From Octopus bimaculoides (lineage: Eukaryota), in the NCBI RefSeq assembly GCF_001194135.2, contig NC_068981.1:8346357-8410356 (forward strand): DNA of 64,000 bases, read 5' to 3'. This document shows, one piece after another, positions 1 through 13,019 of this stretch (positions within the stretch are counted from its first letter, which is position 1; every line of letters starts with the position of its first letter). Position numbers and translations under genes: made by a program. The notes beneath the pieces are model-generated. The model had not been told where the DNA came from. It saw only the letters and a list, made by a program, of their open reading frames with translations, and did not search any database.

Positions 1-819
1 TGAATAAGACTATCAATTAGTGCAACATCTTTGTAAAATTTTATTCCATTCATGAAAAGACAAAAACAAAAAAAGTGTTCTTTTTTTTTTATTGTAAAGT
101 ATTCGATGTATTTATCAAATATATGTAATAGAGGTGAATTCCCAGACAATTGCAAGACAATACTCAAACTTTGTAATCTTAGCTGACACCAGGCACACGA
201 CAAGGATTGAAACTGGAGACAACTAGTCACACATGACTAACTCCAGAAGAAGCTGTGTTCCACCCACAACTCTCTATCAAAGGGAAATAGAATGTCAATG
301 ACGCCAGTGGATAGATTACAGAATTTAGTTCTAACTTCCCTAGAATCAGTACCAGTGAAATACTAGGGTTGATGATGAATCCAATTAACTAAATCCATCA
401 TGGCTTCCAATATTCCAAATTCATATTTACCAACTTCACATTTTGTTTTATGCTTCAGTAGCCAGAAATTGGTTGAAACAATCCTTGTACACACCAACCG
501 ATCAGTTCTTTGCTCTTCTAGCGTTTCTTTCTAGGTCATTCTGTGTCTCTCCTATTGGTTTCAAATACTGGCACAAGGCCAGTAGGTTGGAGAGGGGAAT
601 AAGTCAATTAATTCGACCCCCCCCCCACGTGCTCAACAGGGACTTGCTTTATCAAGTCTGAGAGGATGAAAGGCAAAGCTGACCTCAGTGGAATTTGAAC
701 TCAGAACATAAGGATGGTCGAAATGCCACTAAGCATTTTGCCCAACATGCTAACGAATCTACCAGCTCCACCGCCTTCTGTGACTCGTAGATTGTTGACA
801 GTGTAAGTCCATGTTGTTG

Positions 820-1440
820 TTGTCGTCATCATTTAACATCCCATGTTGGATGCTGGCATGAGTGACAGGACCCAACATGTATGAAAAGAAAGCATCATAT
901 TCCAGTCTCTGCTTTGGCATGGGTCCTCAGCTGGATGTCCTTCCTAATGCCAACCACTTTACAGCATGTATTGAGTACTTTTTCTTCTCATGACACCAGC
1001 ACTGATGAGGTCACCACACAGCCTGCAAGACTTAGATCTCCTTCAACTGAATGGGGCTACAGTAGAGAGGGAGATGGCTTTATGCTATGGGACGAGAGTC
1101 TAAAGTGAGAAGAAGGGGCCAAAACAGAATAGGTACCTAAGGGTGGACAAGATGGAATTGAAAAGAGATAAAAGCAATGATGGTGAGATGTGAGAGTGGC
1201 CCCTTAAGATGAAATGGTAAGGGGAGAAGAGGGAGTGTGGGTGGGTACAAGTCGCAAGAGTGTATAGGGGAGAGTAAGAGATGGTGATAGGGAATTGGAT
1301 AAGACTGATAAGTAGGGGAGGTAGATAAGAGAAGCTGACAACTGTAGGGATTGGGTAGGGCTGGAGGCAGGGGGCTGGCAGTGGTGACCAAAGCTACATG
1401 AGTTGGGAAAGGTAGGAGAGAGGGTGGTGAAGAGCAGTGT
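820..1440 (-). mobile_element. RTE-type 3' UTR fragment
   Basis: Tail CATCATTTAACATC... at left, CTGGATGTCCTTCCTAATGCCAACCAC, GGTCACC...CCTGCAAGAC and a purine-rich extension. Same architecture as 61560-63172 but reversed. Confidence 0.6.
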
Positions 1441-2155
1441 AATCTTTAAAAAATAAAGAAACCAAAGGTTCTAGACAATTTTCACTTGTACATATTACAA
1501 AGATGGGCCAAAGAAATAATAATGCTCTGGTTTAAATAGTTTCCTCTATGAAAGTTACAACTTTCTTGTAAGTTACTTGGTGACCCTGTCAATGCAGGTG
1601 CTACATGAGAAATACTGGTGCTGGTGCCAGAAGAAGAACACCCAGGGCACTTTGTAAAGTGGTTGGTATTAGGAGAGGCACCTAGCAGTAGAAACCATAC
1701 CAAAAGAGACAAGCAAAACCTGATGCAGCTCCTAGCCTCGCCAGATCCTGTCCAACTGCTGTCAGTACAGAAAATGAATGTTAATCCATGATGAAGAAAT
1801 TGGAAGAATACATTTGTCATGGGTTCTTAATTGCTGCATGTAACAAACGGTTATGGGTAGATCCTTACCATATGCAAAGTCAACATCTACACGGATTATT
1901 TTGAATATTCTTAAGAATTCTCACATACCTTGACAACTTCTGTCAAAAGTAATGAAGTTGTCCTTCATCTCAATAGACTTTCAATCATCATATGAGAAAT
2001 TCTCCATTAATTTACCCACAAAGAGGAAGACACATAAAAATTAAGCATCAAGTTTCTGTAATTCTATATTAACAAACCCTGCCAAAGAGACATAAACATT
2101 TTATTATCATTATTGTTATTTCAGGAAAGAAAGTGTTTCGTTAAGGTCAACTCAC

Positions 2156-2282
2156 ATTTTCATGTTTAAATCTTGTAAGAATCTTAATTTCTCGCAATGT
2201 CCTTTGACAATATGTCTGGTGTTCAAATGGGGAGATTTTCTTGATGGCCACTTTCTTCATCGTTTTATTATCAAAAGCTGAT
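2156..2282 (-). CDS. MAPK1: ERK1/2-type MAP kinase, coding exon 2 (subdomains II-IV)
   Basis: Acceptor ...tttttatctattacAG at 2284-2283. Then 1 nt plus 42 codons [42 protein letters not shown], then donor GTGAGT (2155-2150). The first base A completes GT|A (Val) from exon 1, so the phases are compatible. Contains the catalytic Lys of VAIKK and the ERK-specific [20 protein letters not shown]. Confidence 0.98.
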
Positions 2283-2312
2283 CTGTAATAGATAAAAACA
2301 TTCAACATTATT

Positions 2313-2349
<37 letters not shown>

Positions 2350-3206
2350 GTTTCAAATTTTAGCGCAAGGTCAACAATTTCTGGGAAGAGTAGGAAAATA
2401 TGGTTCATAAATACATATATTTGTTAAAGACATAGGAACCGACCTACAGCAGAAAACAGAGAAAATACTGTGTTTCCAGTTTCTTCAACTGAATGGTAAA
2501 AGAGAAATTTAAGTTTGAAATTTCATTTCTTTCTCTGAATTTTTTAATTTTTAATTTTTATAGGATCACAAATGGAAAATTCTAACCATAAAATGTTGCC
2601 AGGATATATAACAGGATATATCACTCCCTACACCTATATAAGGACTCTCAACGACCTCGGACAACTCCTTATGAAGATTCCCACATTCTTTAAATAGCTG
2701 CAATTCTACCACAAAGGCTGGGTTTCCTCTTCAAAACCAAATATAACTTCAGCCACAAACAGCTGCTGTGTTGGCCCTTCAAACATCACAAATATCTTTG
2801 TCAAATCGGTACACAGGCGTCTACAAAGGTGCACCCACTATACACACACATTGTCTTCATCTAAGAAAACTCTTGATTTATATATCTGACATATTATACA
2901 AACATGGAACACTCACACAAAGTGTTCAGAGTCTCTCAGCAAGCCATGGATGTGAAATTATCCAATTTCCAATCAGCACACGTCACCATTCATTAGCTGT
3001 TGTGTGAAGCCATGGCTTGGCAAGGAGATCTCACTACTGCAACGAGTTATTCATCTTTGTATAATATATTCAATCTATTCCTCTATACAAAAGTCTACTT
3101 TTGTTGTCACATAAATGGTTAATCATTACATGTTTGTATGTATGTATGTATGTACGCATGTATGTATGTATGTATGTATGTACGTATGTATGTATGTACG
3201 TACGTA

Positions 3207-5064
3207 CTAGCAGAGACACTCGGCATTGCTCGAGATTAAAATGGTATAGTTTGTATATAATATATTACAGTTATGTTGAAATAGGTGATATGGGAAAGTG
3301 CAGCATTAACAAAAAAACATTTGTGGAGTAAATGATGGGCTAATTTGACTAAGCATCATGCGTCTGTTTGGAGTATTTCAGGCCCGAACCTGCGAGGGTT
3401 TTGTGATTTTTGAATGCACTGAGAAGCTGTCAGTGGATGTACTCTCTTTTGCAGCAGTCGGCGCTGTGTCTAACACGACCCTTCATCTGAAATGTTGACA
3501 CCTCCTTCGGGTTCGTTGTCTTACATCACTCATAAAGTAAATTTGGAGGAACTGTGGTTGTTCATTTGGGGGTAACAGGGAACCAGTGAGGTGATAGACT
3601 TGCCCTTGAACTTTGACGTCGTCGTAAATTCATGTTTATCTATCTTCTTAGATGCACCAAACAATGTCATTTGCAGAGTTGTATTGTCTGATATTGTTCA
3701 GAAAATCCTTTGACTAGATGGAAGTGCCTTCTAGAAGATCCATAAGAGGTTGAGAAGGTGTTGGTAGTGCTGGCAATGTTACCTGAGTGCCTGAGCAGCA
3801 CATACCATTTGTTTCATTTGAAAATTTTAAAGCTCTATAGAAAAGACAATTTGTGTTTAGCACACCAATTTGGACAGAGTTATTATTTTTATAAGAAAAG
3901 GATGTATCATATCTGAAAACAGCTTCAGGAGTTGTGAAGAACAAATTTGTAAGTAGTCTGTTTCTGAGAGCTATTCTATTGGACCTCTGCCTAATCATTA
4001 AAACATTGATTTAATGATCCAGCATTAAGTGCTGCAACATGCATTTGCTGATGTTGAGAAAATCTCATCTAGCTTCTCTCTTCAGACTCTCGCATTCGGT
4101 TTTCTACAATCCTCCTTGCTTTATACTTGTTTCTGGAGAGATTACGTCTTTTCTTTGGTGGCATATTTCCCCCAATATTATAAACAAAAAATTATGAACA
4201 TAGAAAGAAATTATACAGTAATCCCTATTTTTGTAAGCAGTTGTATCTGTAAAAATTGAAAGATGTATGTACGTCTATATGAAATGGACGTGTGTGTGTG
4301 AGCACACGTATGTGAGAGAGAAAGAGGGTGAGAAAGAGAGATAAAGTGAGTGAGTGAAGGTGTGTGTCATGATGATTGACGTCTTTTAAGGTACACACAC
4401 ATATAGAAAATGTGACATCATCGTATAAAATTTTTACGATAGTTGATTTCTGGAAAAGATTGTTAAACTTTTGAATTGCAAATATGTGAATGGAAATTGA
4501 GTTTAATTTGTAGGCAAAATAGTACTGAATCTTTTGATACTCCATACGTCAAAATCTGTAACACGGTTTTCGAAAGCATAAGGAATATATAATATCAATG
4601 AGGCAGACCTCTACATGGTAGCTAGACATGGTAGAAATAGCAGCCAAATCTCCCTCAAAACACCCTACTGTCTTAATCCAACAATTCTGCCTATTGTGTA
4701 GTTTGAATGAGAAACTGTAACTAAAGATTAAGATTATTAACCCCACAGAGAGAGGAAAGAAGAGAGACACAGCATAGTGACGGTTTTGGCTGACTGTCAT
4801 CCTGTACCCCCCTTGTTGCTAGCGAAATGGCATGAACCGGCTGTCTGAGCAACTGGTTGTTTTAATGGTGGAACAAACAAGACATAAAGATTACAAAAAT
4901 AGCGATTCTCACTTTGAAACTAACGATTTTGAAAATTTTTTTAGATTACGGAACGCCCATCTCTCTCATGTATCCATGTTTAAAATTTCAGCATGATCGG
5001 ATGAACAATACTCAAGTATTAAGTGCACAAACAGACAGACAGATGGAACAGATTTTATATAAGA
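3207..5064 (-). mobile_element. Internally deleted Helitron with intact termini
   Basis: Minus strand 5' end A|TCTTATATAAAATCTGTTCCATCTGTCTGTCTG (starts 5064). 3' end is a hairpin CTCGAGCAATGCCGAG (3234-3219), 8 nt, then CTAG|T (3210-3207), inserted between A and T. Contains decayed RepHel N-terminal coding sequence. Confidence 0.85.
3340..4164 (-). pseudogene. Decayed Helitron Rep-helicase N-terminal fragment
   Basis: Translation from ATG 4164 gives MPPKKRRNLSRNKYKARR..., then ALKFSNETNGMCCSGTQVTLPALPTPSQPLMDLLEGTSI*SKDFLNNIRQYNS, and after a frameshift KVQGQVYHLTGSLLPPNEQPQFLQIYF. These match Helitron RepHel N-terminal motifs. In-frame stops and frameshifts are present. Confidence 0.85.
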
Positions 5065-5144
5065 TAAATAATATATAAGTATATGCATATATACATACAT
5101 ATATGTACATACCTACATATATATGTATATATACATGCATATAT

Positions 5145-5831
5145 GGATACAGGACATCAAAGAAACATGGACAGAGTGAGAAAGAAGAACATAAAAAATA
5201 AAAACAAACATTTTTTCGAACAATGAAAGAAAGAAACAAACAAACAGAGAAACGAGACAGGCAACATAAAGAACATTCCCTTCATCAGCTGTCCCCTGTT
5301 TTATCTACTCCGCGTTTCGAACGTGGGGACAAGACAAGACGCGACTTTGTTAAAACAGTCCTTCCCGCAAAGTAAATTAAATAAAATTTGGGATTTTTTG
5401 AGGAGGGTGAAAGTAGGAACAAAAACAGGACAGTAAGAACAAAACAGTAAAAGCAAACGGTGAGGGGCTGTTAAGCCAAGACAATGTGAAGTGGTGAACA
5501 CTGGAAAAACGAGCTTTGAGAAGAGACAGGCAAAAGCATGTCTTGTCTTTGGGAAGGAAGTGGAAGAAAGAAAGATGGATGGCCGTTGGTCACGTGTGAA
5601 CAACGAGAGAGTCAAGGAAGAAGAGTGAGAGAGAGAGAGAGGGAACAGTGAAGGGGAGAGGAGAAGAATAGGGAAAGGGTGGAAGAGAAAAACAGAAAGG
5701 AAGAGCACTAGAGAGGGAGATAGATAGAAAGAATAGAGGTAGAATAAGAGTGCGCATTGTAATTATTAAGTCAAAACTTACTTGGAAATGGATGTGTGGC
5801 GATCATATAATAATATAAATAATATATAAAC
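5145..5831. mobile_element. Unclassified insertion, possibly Penelope-like terminal repeat, between long direct repeats
   Basis: CpG-containing purine-rich segment with CTTCATCAGCTG and CGTTTCG motifs. Bounded by a 64-bp identical complex microsatellite at 5081-5144 and 5832-5895. Confidence 0.35.
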
Positions 5832-6959
5832 ATATGCATATATACATACATATATGTACATACCTACATATATATGTATATATACATGCATATATATCAC
5901 CACTAAACTGTGTCCATTCCCTGTCATTTCAAGCAATGGCATCAACAGCCGCTTCTGTTCATTCCAATTTGCTCACTTTACATAAGACTGTTACCTAACA
6001 TTGCACAACCCATTTGATAACCCCTCCCCCCACTCATATAATCCACATTGTTGTCAGATCTTCAGAACTTCCATACAGCAACAACCCTAACTACAACACA
6101 ACATCTCTATCTGTCTGGTTATTCCTCTTCCACATTCTAAGAGAACATTCAAAGATTACTGTTACCGATCCTCCTCTTTGGATGAATTCAATTTTAAAAA
6201 TCCAGCAAATTACATAATATTCATCTTCCACCAAATAAAAGACATATTTGATTGTACATAAAAAGAATATTTTAATATTGTGGTAAAACGGCAACAACAA
6301 ACAGAAATAAGAATTTTAAATAATAACTACAGAAGCATTTTTCTATCAAAATACTTTGAGACTATTATTTATCTTTCAACTTATGCTTTATTTTCAAGTT
6401 AGTTTTTCTCTTATGGAATGTGAAAATGTAAATGAGATAATGAAAATTTATAGAAGAAAATATTTCTCAGCATTAAATAAACATAGCAGCAACAGCAGAA
6501 GCATCAATTTCAAAGAAGAAGAATTATCAAACTTCTTCCTCTGTCAAATTATGTTTATACGAGATTAGGAAAGTGAAGAATTCCTCAGACCACGACCCAT
6601 GTTTTCTTCTGTCTCTCAATTAGAACAACTTCCAATACTTAAATAGAAAATGATTAATCTTACTCGTAAATATTAGAAGCCTTGGTTTTCACTTTCTTGT
6701 AATCTTACCTGAAAACAAACACTCTTGAAGAATGCAGTCATTATCATAACTCTTTTACGGTAATACATTACTTACTAAAATTCACACACACACACCTTAA
6801 TAAAACCATAGTTACAGTGTATTAGTTTTTGGAACTGCCTGACTAAATACTTCTCAAGATACTAATAAATGAAAATAAAATCAAGACAATTATCCAAAAT
6901 CAATCAAATTTATCAATATAAAAATATTTCGGAAGATCTTTTTATTGTTTGTAGCTATC

Positions 6960-8800
6960 TCAGTAACAGATGACAGCAATGTCATTATGACAGCTGGCGA
7001 CATTAACGGGCATGTTGGTCAACACTATGCTGGCTACTCTGGAGGTTAAGGGAATGGTACAAGACATGTAAAAGAATCAAGATTGCTGGAGTTCTGTGAT
7101 GCAAATGATCTCATGATTTGAAACCTTATCTTCAGGAGATGTCTCAGACACCTGACTGCTTACCAATCAAGTAAGAACAAGACAGACTTTACTCTAACCA
7201 TGCAATGGAATAGACAAAGGATTATAAAATGTCCTTTTGAAGAATGAACCATCCAGGTAGATCAGTGGTTAATGGTCTTGAAATAAGATTCACAGACAAA
7301 AGATTCTTTGGAGAAAGAAGAACTGAAAGGTGAAAAATCTTTCAATCATTTCTGCATTTAGAGAGATATTTACCAATGCCTAGGGGCAATAAGGAAGAGG
7401 AGATAGAGATTTATAACATGGGAACAAGATTAAAAGTTTCTATGAGATGATCTATGAGGGGGGGGGGGAAAGACCAAACCTGTGGCTGGTGTGTAAAAAC
7501 ATGGCAATGGAACAGTTCTGTGCCAGAGCAACAAAGAGACAGGATTGGAAAGACTGGAAATTTAAGGGGTTATCAGGGAACAAATATCAAAACAGCTAGA
7601 AGAGAAGTTTAAACCTTTGTACAAGCCATGTACAGAGTTGCTGCAGTCAGCAAGGTGAGACTCAGCAAGGTGAGACTCAGCAAGAAATTCAAGTGCTGCC
7701 TGACGATTGGCTCCCATGCACCATTTGAGCATGGTCGATACCAGTACTGCCTGATTGGCCCCCATGCCAGTAGCATGTAAAAAGCACCCCCTATACTCTT
7801 GGAGTGATTGGCATTAAGCAGGGCATCCAACTGTAGAAATCTTGTCAAATCAGACTGAAGCCTGGTGTAGCCTCCTGGTTTGCCAATCCTCAGTCAAACC
7901 GTCCAACTCATGCCAGCATAGAAAGTGGATGTTAAATGATGATGATGATGATGTTGATGAAAGCAGAAGCTCATCAGGACTTGGTTCTCGATCCACCACC
8001 ACCACTATTTATTATAGCCTCTAAACTATAACAGAGGAATTTCGGATTGACTAGCCTTAAGAAGTTCTGTATACTGACAGCTCTTAGAGGAGAATCAGTA
8101 AAAGAATTGAAATAAATTTCAAAGAGAAGCAAAACGTGGAAATTGAAAGATCTTAGTTAACAAAAGCAAAATATGAAGGGAGAAGACAGGACCCTGATAC
8201 AATCAAAGAAATGGTCATGCTTATTTGCAGAAAAGGTTTCAGTAAAAATTCTATAGGGTGGGCCCAGTATAAACAATGGACTCACAAAAGATGTAGTGGG
8301 ATCACAAGCAGGTTAATAGGAAAAGTAGATTTCATGTGAGAAGGTACACCACTAGAGAAATAGGTACTGTCTCAAATGTCAAGACAGCTCCCTTGAAGTT
8401 GACAACTTTTGTTACTTGGGTACCCTAATTAGCAGTAGGAGTGGCTGTTCAGAAAGTATAGAAGTCAAAATACAGGGTTGGGGAAAGTTGACAAAGCTGT
8501 TGCCTTTGTTGGCAACAAATGGCTTCTCTCTAAAAATGAAGGACAGATTATATGAAGTTTGAATGCAAAATGTTTTGCTGTGAGACACGGGACGTGAAGA
8601 TTGATACTGTGTGAAGACCAGAAAGAAATGAAGCAAGTAAGTCTCCCATGAAAAACATTCATGTTAAAAAAGGAAGGACACATAGTACGATGTGACCCTA
8701 GATATACGCAAGTCATCATCAAAGCACTGAGGATAAAAAAAAAGCCCTTCATTAGGGATGTGCCGGGGATGAACACGAATTAAGGATATGGATAAAGACT
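6960..8800 (+). mobile_element. Fragmented RTE-type LINE (endonuclease remnant, PHD-like finger, RT C-terminus) with nested short element
   Basis: Frameshifted translations include LEFCDANDLMI (endonuclease region), WSC/ICRKGFSKNSI..QYKQWTHKRCSGI (about 8212-8310) and VDNFCYLG...GCSESIEVKIQGWGKLTKLLPLLATNGFSLKMKDRLY (about 8400-8560). A GAT-tailed short element is nested at about 7700-7955. Confidence 0.75.
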
Positions 8801-11044
8801 TTAAAAAGATAAATGGAAAAAGGAAATAAGTTTGGATTTAGGATGAAAGTGAACTGGATCATCAAGATTATACATATTAATCGCTGGTAAGGAGGACACA
8901 GTATTTTATTTTGCAATCATAATATTTACAAATCAATCTTGTCACTGTCTTTTGTGTTAGCAGTGCAATATTCTCTCTACAGGTTTTCTGTACTCTAAAG
9001 AAACTCTATTAGAGATGAAGATAATACTGATGACACTCTAACCGTTTCATTACCAAGTACACTGCTGAAGTACACTGTCCTTTCTTTCTATTAATTTTGA
9101 AAATAATGAAGAATTTAGTAAAATAATTTTGTCATTATTAAACTGGTGTCTGGAACAAGGATTAACATATTTTTGTTGGAAAGTTTTAATTCAGATCGTT
9201 TTAAAGCAGGAAGTGTGAATGCTAGAAGCAGGGGCAGTCTCAGGTGGGCTGCTATCAAAAGTGACAGGTCACAGTTGAGTGATTTGTACTTATTAAACAC
9301 TAGCTCTGTCAATGTATGGTAGAGGCAAAACCAGATTTCAGTAAGAGGGGGGAGGGATTCTTTTTTCTTTTTGTGTTCTTTTTCCTGAATTTAAGAAAAC
9401 TGGTTTTCACACAGGAATGTTTGATGAATAACAAAACCAAGATATTAATGCACATTTCTTAAATGACTTGAAAGATAAGCAGGATAAGCAATGAGAAAAT
9501 TATTTTCTCTAAGATTGCATTTACATCACAGCACAAGAGCAAACATTTACTCCCCCTCCCCTCCCACCTCTCTCTCTCTCCAGTCATTTTTTTTCCCTTA
9601 GCCATACATTTACATTGTTTTTAACATGCCTGTGAAAAGTTTGAGACTTGTAAAATGACTCCCCTCTATTTTCTTCTCTGCCTACCTACTTATCTACCTA
9701 TCTATTTATCTATCTACCTCACTACCTTTATCTATCTATCAAGCCAACCCTCTCTCTCTCTCTCTCACTCACTCACTCTATCTATCTATCAATCTATCGA
9801 TTTATCTATCTACCTTTATCTTATCTAGCTAAACATTTCTCTCTCTCACACTCTCTCAGTATAATCTATCTACCTTTATCTAACTAGCTACTTTTATCTC
9901 TATCTCTCTCTCTCTATGCAACTAACTTCATTTCTCTGTCTTCCTCATTCGAAGCCTGCCATCTCTAGCCAGCAGAAACCACTTAATTATAACATTTATA
10001 TAGATTCCGATGATCAACTTAAGCACGGTTTTATGCGCAAACTTTATCCTAATCTATTTTACTTGGGTGTCTTTAAATACAACTTGCTTTTCTAATTAGC
10101 TTGAAATCAGCCAAGGTATAACAATGCTATTTCCTTACAAACCAAACATATTGAAGCTGTTCTCCGTAGCGTTTCGTAGACATCAGCCCGAACAGGCTTT
10201 TCCATACAATCTCACATTAGTTGGTCATCTGTACAAAAATGAAACTATTTTATTTGCTAATTTCACTGCAACTATCACTGTTAGGTGGTTGGTGTCAGGA
10301 AGAGCATCCAGCCGTAAAACCCTGCCAAAACAGATAGCGGAGCATGGGGCAATCTTCTGCTCAGTCATCCCCTGTCAACCCTCCCACCCATGCCAACATG
10401 GAAATTGGATGAATGATGATGATGATAATGTGTGTGTCTGCATCTACATACACACGCACAGACATGGTATATCATTAGCATTTTTTTTAATGTCCATTAT
10501 TTCAATTTTGCGTTGAGTCAGGTGGAATTTAACAGATTTTTCTAAGTCCAGGTGCCCTTCCTATCACCAACCATCATCTGTTTCCAACCAAGGTGATATC
10601 CCCCCCACCCCATGGCCAGACATGTTTTACACAAAAGACTGGGAATGAACAACATTCGTTTACAATAATCATGCAATGTCAAAACAAGGACAAACACAAA
10701 CAGGCTTCTTTCAGTTTCCATCTACCAAATCCACTCACAAGGCTTTGGTCAGTAAAGGGCTCTAGAAGACATTTGCCCAAGGTACCATGCAATGGGACTG
10801 AACCCAGAACCAAGAGGTTGGGAAGCCATCCAGCATATTAATTAAAAAAAAAACATCTTGACTTCTCTTTTGAAAACAGACAACTTAAGAGTATTATGGT
10901 GTTTATTTTATGAAAGCTAACAGGAATTTATGTTAATCAGCAGGAAAAGTATTTGAAGGATCGGAGCCGACCAAACATGTTTGCAGTAAACTAGTAGGGT
11001 GCCATATTGATTAACAAGCCACTAAGAGAGACATCACAAAGGCA

Positions 11045-11350
11045 CCATGGCTTGGTGGTTGGGGGCATTTGGCTCATGGTGGTAGGTTAAAAGTTCGTTT
11101 CCTCTTCACACGCACTATCTCCTTGAGCAAGACACTTCATTTCACATTGCTCCAGTCCACTCGGCTGGCACAAATGGTGCAGACATGTATTTCAAAGGGC
11201 AGCCTAGTGACATTCTGTGTCACACTGAATCCCTGAAAATTACATTAGGGTCCACATGTCTGCACAGTGCTTGCATGTTAATTTCACAGGGTACTGTTCT
11301 GTTGATCATATCAACTGGAACACTCGTTGTCGCAACTGACAAAGGGCCAG
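11045..11350 (+). mobile_element. SINE family B copy
   Basis: CCTTGAGCAAGACACTTCATTTCACATTGCTCCAGTCCACTC...GTTGATCATATCAACTGGAACACTCGTTGTCGCAACTGAC. Confidence 0.75.
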
Positions 11351-13019
11351 CATGAGAAACACCCTTACATAACAAATACACTTCCACAAGCCAATATAAA
11401 AATATTCAAAATTTGTAAAAGATTCGAATAAAGAATAGGGATCACAAACATTTTTTGAAAAGGATTAAAAATATTCTACTTAATTTGGAACATACAAAAA
11501 AAAAAACAAAAAAAAAAACACTATTAAATTTCTGAAATTAATAACCTTAAAATACTTATGATTTAAAATGTATTAAATAAGAAATAATGATATCTGCATG
11601 TATGTATATACACAAATACTGTGTGTATACATATACACCTATTACTTCAACAAGAACAACATTACCCAGTATAGCAAAAAAACCATAACAACCTCTTTTA
11701 GATTAATTTTAGTCTGATATTCATTTTATTTCAGTTGCAACGAAGACTCACAACGATCCTTAAATATTCAAATAACGCTAATATGGTTGATTTCTAGGTT
11801 AAATCCATAACATTTACTGGCACATATTGAAATGTTTGAAGTGACTAGGTTACCAACTGACAAATGATAAAACTAGACACCTTGTTTTTATACTTGTGCT
11901 ACAAACAGAAGTACACCCTACTTACTCTAGAACAGCTTAACCTGTTTGCTTTCACACACATGCACACGCGCACACACACACACGCGCGCGCGCGACAATA
12001 CTTATATTTATATATATATACTTCTTTCTGCTGATAATACAGTTTGAAAATGAACTGTTTTCCACAATATTGCATCAACTTTTTTCTCATTCGCTGTAAT
12101 GATTAAGATAACCAGTTAATTAATTAATGACTGCCTTGTTTAACTTGATATCCTTCTTTGAAGAAGATTCATAAATAAAAGCATAAAACCTAATTTCAAC
12201 AATTTATACAAAAATAACTATTCACACACACACACACAACATCATACTAAATTACATTTCACATTAAATATGAACTTGTTCAGAGAGAAGACAATTTAAG
12301 TATCTTATACGCTAAATGCGGAATTTATGAAACAATAATTGCAGATAATACAAACTTAGCTCTAACTTCAACCAAGAGTCTTCTTAGAACCAATTCTATG
12401 CCTGAAATAGGATTCAACTAGTAGCAACACAAACTGTCTAAAAACATAATCTGCTTTCAGAAAATAAATAATAAACTACTCTAAACAAAAAAGAAAAAAA
12501 AGAAATCAATTCATTTCAGCTTAATTAACATTAAGAAGGTAGCGAAGTTTAATACTTGCCCTAGACATTGGTGAACTGATTAAAGTTAAATATGTAAAAT
12601 ATATGAACAACAAACTCTACAGAACAGAAATAAAATGTTAATAGTCTCGTTAATATTTACTAATTAATGGCATTAGTCAACACTGAAACAGTAACCACAA
12701 GAAATAAAGATAATATTCCTACTAGTTCATGTTGTAGACTTCACTCATACTCATACATCTCATTTGTAATAACCTACACTCATACAAGCTGCACTCACAT
12801 TCACAAAGCACCCCTAACTTGTTCCAGTTTCAGGACTGTAAGGAAGAACGGCTACAACTGTGGCCATTAGTTGGTTGTCTCAGATAAGGATCTTTGCAAA
12901 CCTTGTCACCTCACACAACCAATATTGATACTGGCATATTTTATCCAATATTGAATTGTGTTTTGTGAAAGGCTATTACTCAGATATTGGAATTATATTC
13001 TATATTTTCCAACTTCTGT

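Noticed and set aside
1-2149. ERK exon 3 (expected to begin I/V-I...DI..., then LMETDLYKLL)
   Set aside because: No such coding sequence was found on the minus strand. It must lie left of the window.
2283-2356. ORF-track N-terminus [25 protein letters not shown] resembling a signal peptide on ERK
   Set aside because: It is the (TTA)n microsatellite in the intron read through the acceptor. The true upstream exon is at 57830-57948.
2560-3100. Complex sequence with CCAAT-like and GTGACGTG motifs as a nested promoter or exon
   Set aside because: No coherent ORF, splice pair or recognisable repeat termini. The motifs alone are not significant.
5270-5335. CGAAAC followed by CTGATGA on the minus strand as a type II hammerhead
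   Set aside because: No stem I can form between the putative cleavage site and the core, and the stem II pairing is offset by 3 nt. Kept only as weak support for a Penelope-like origin.
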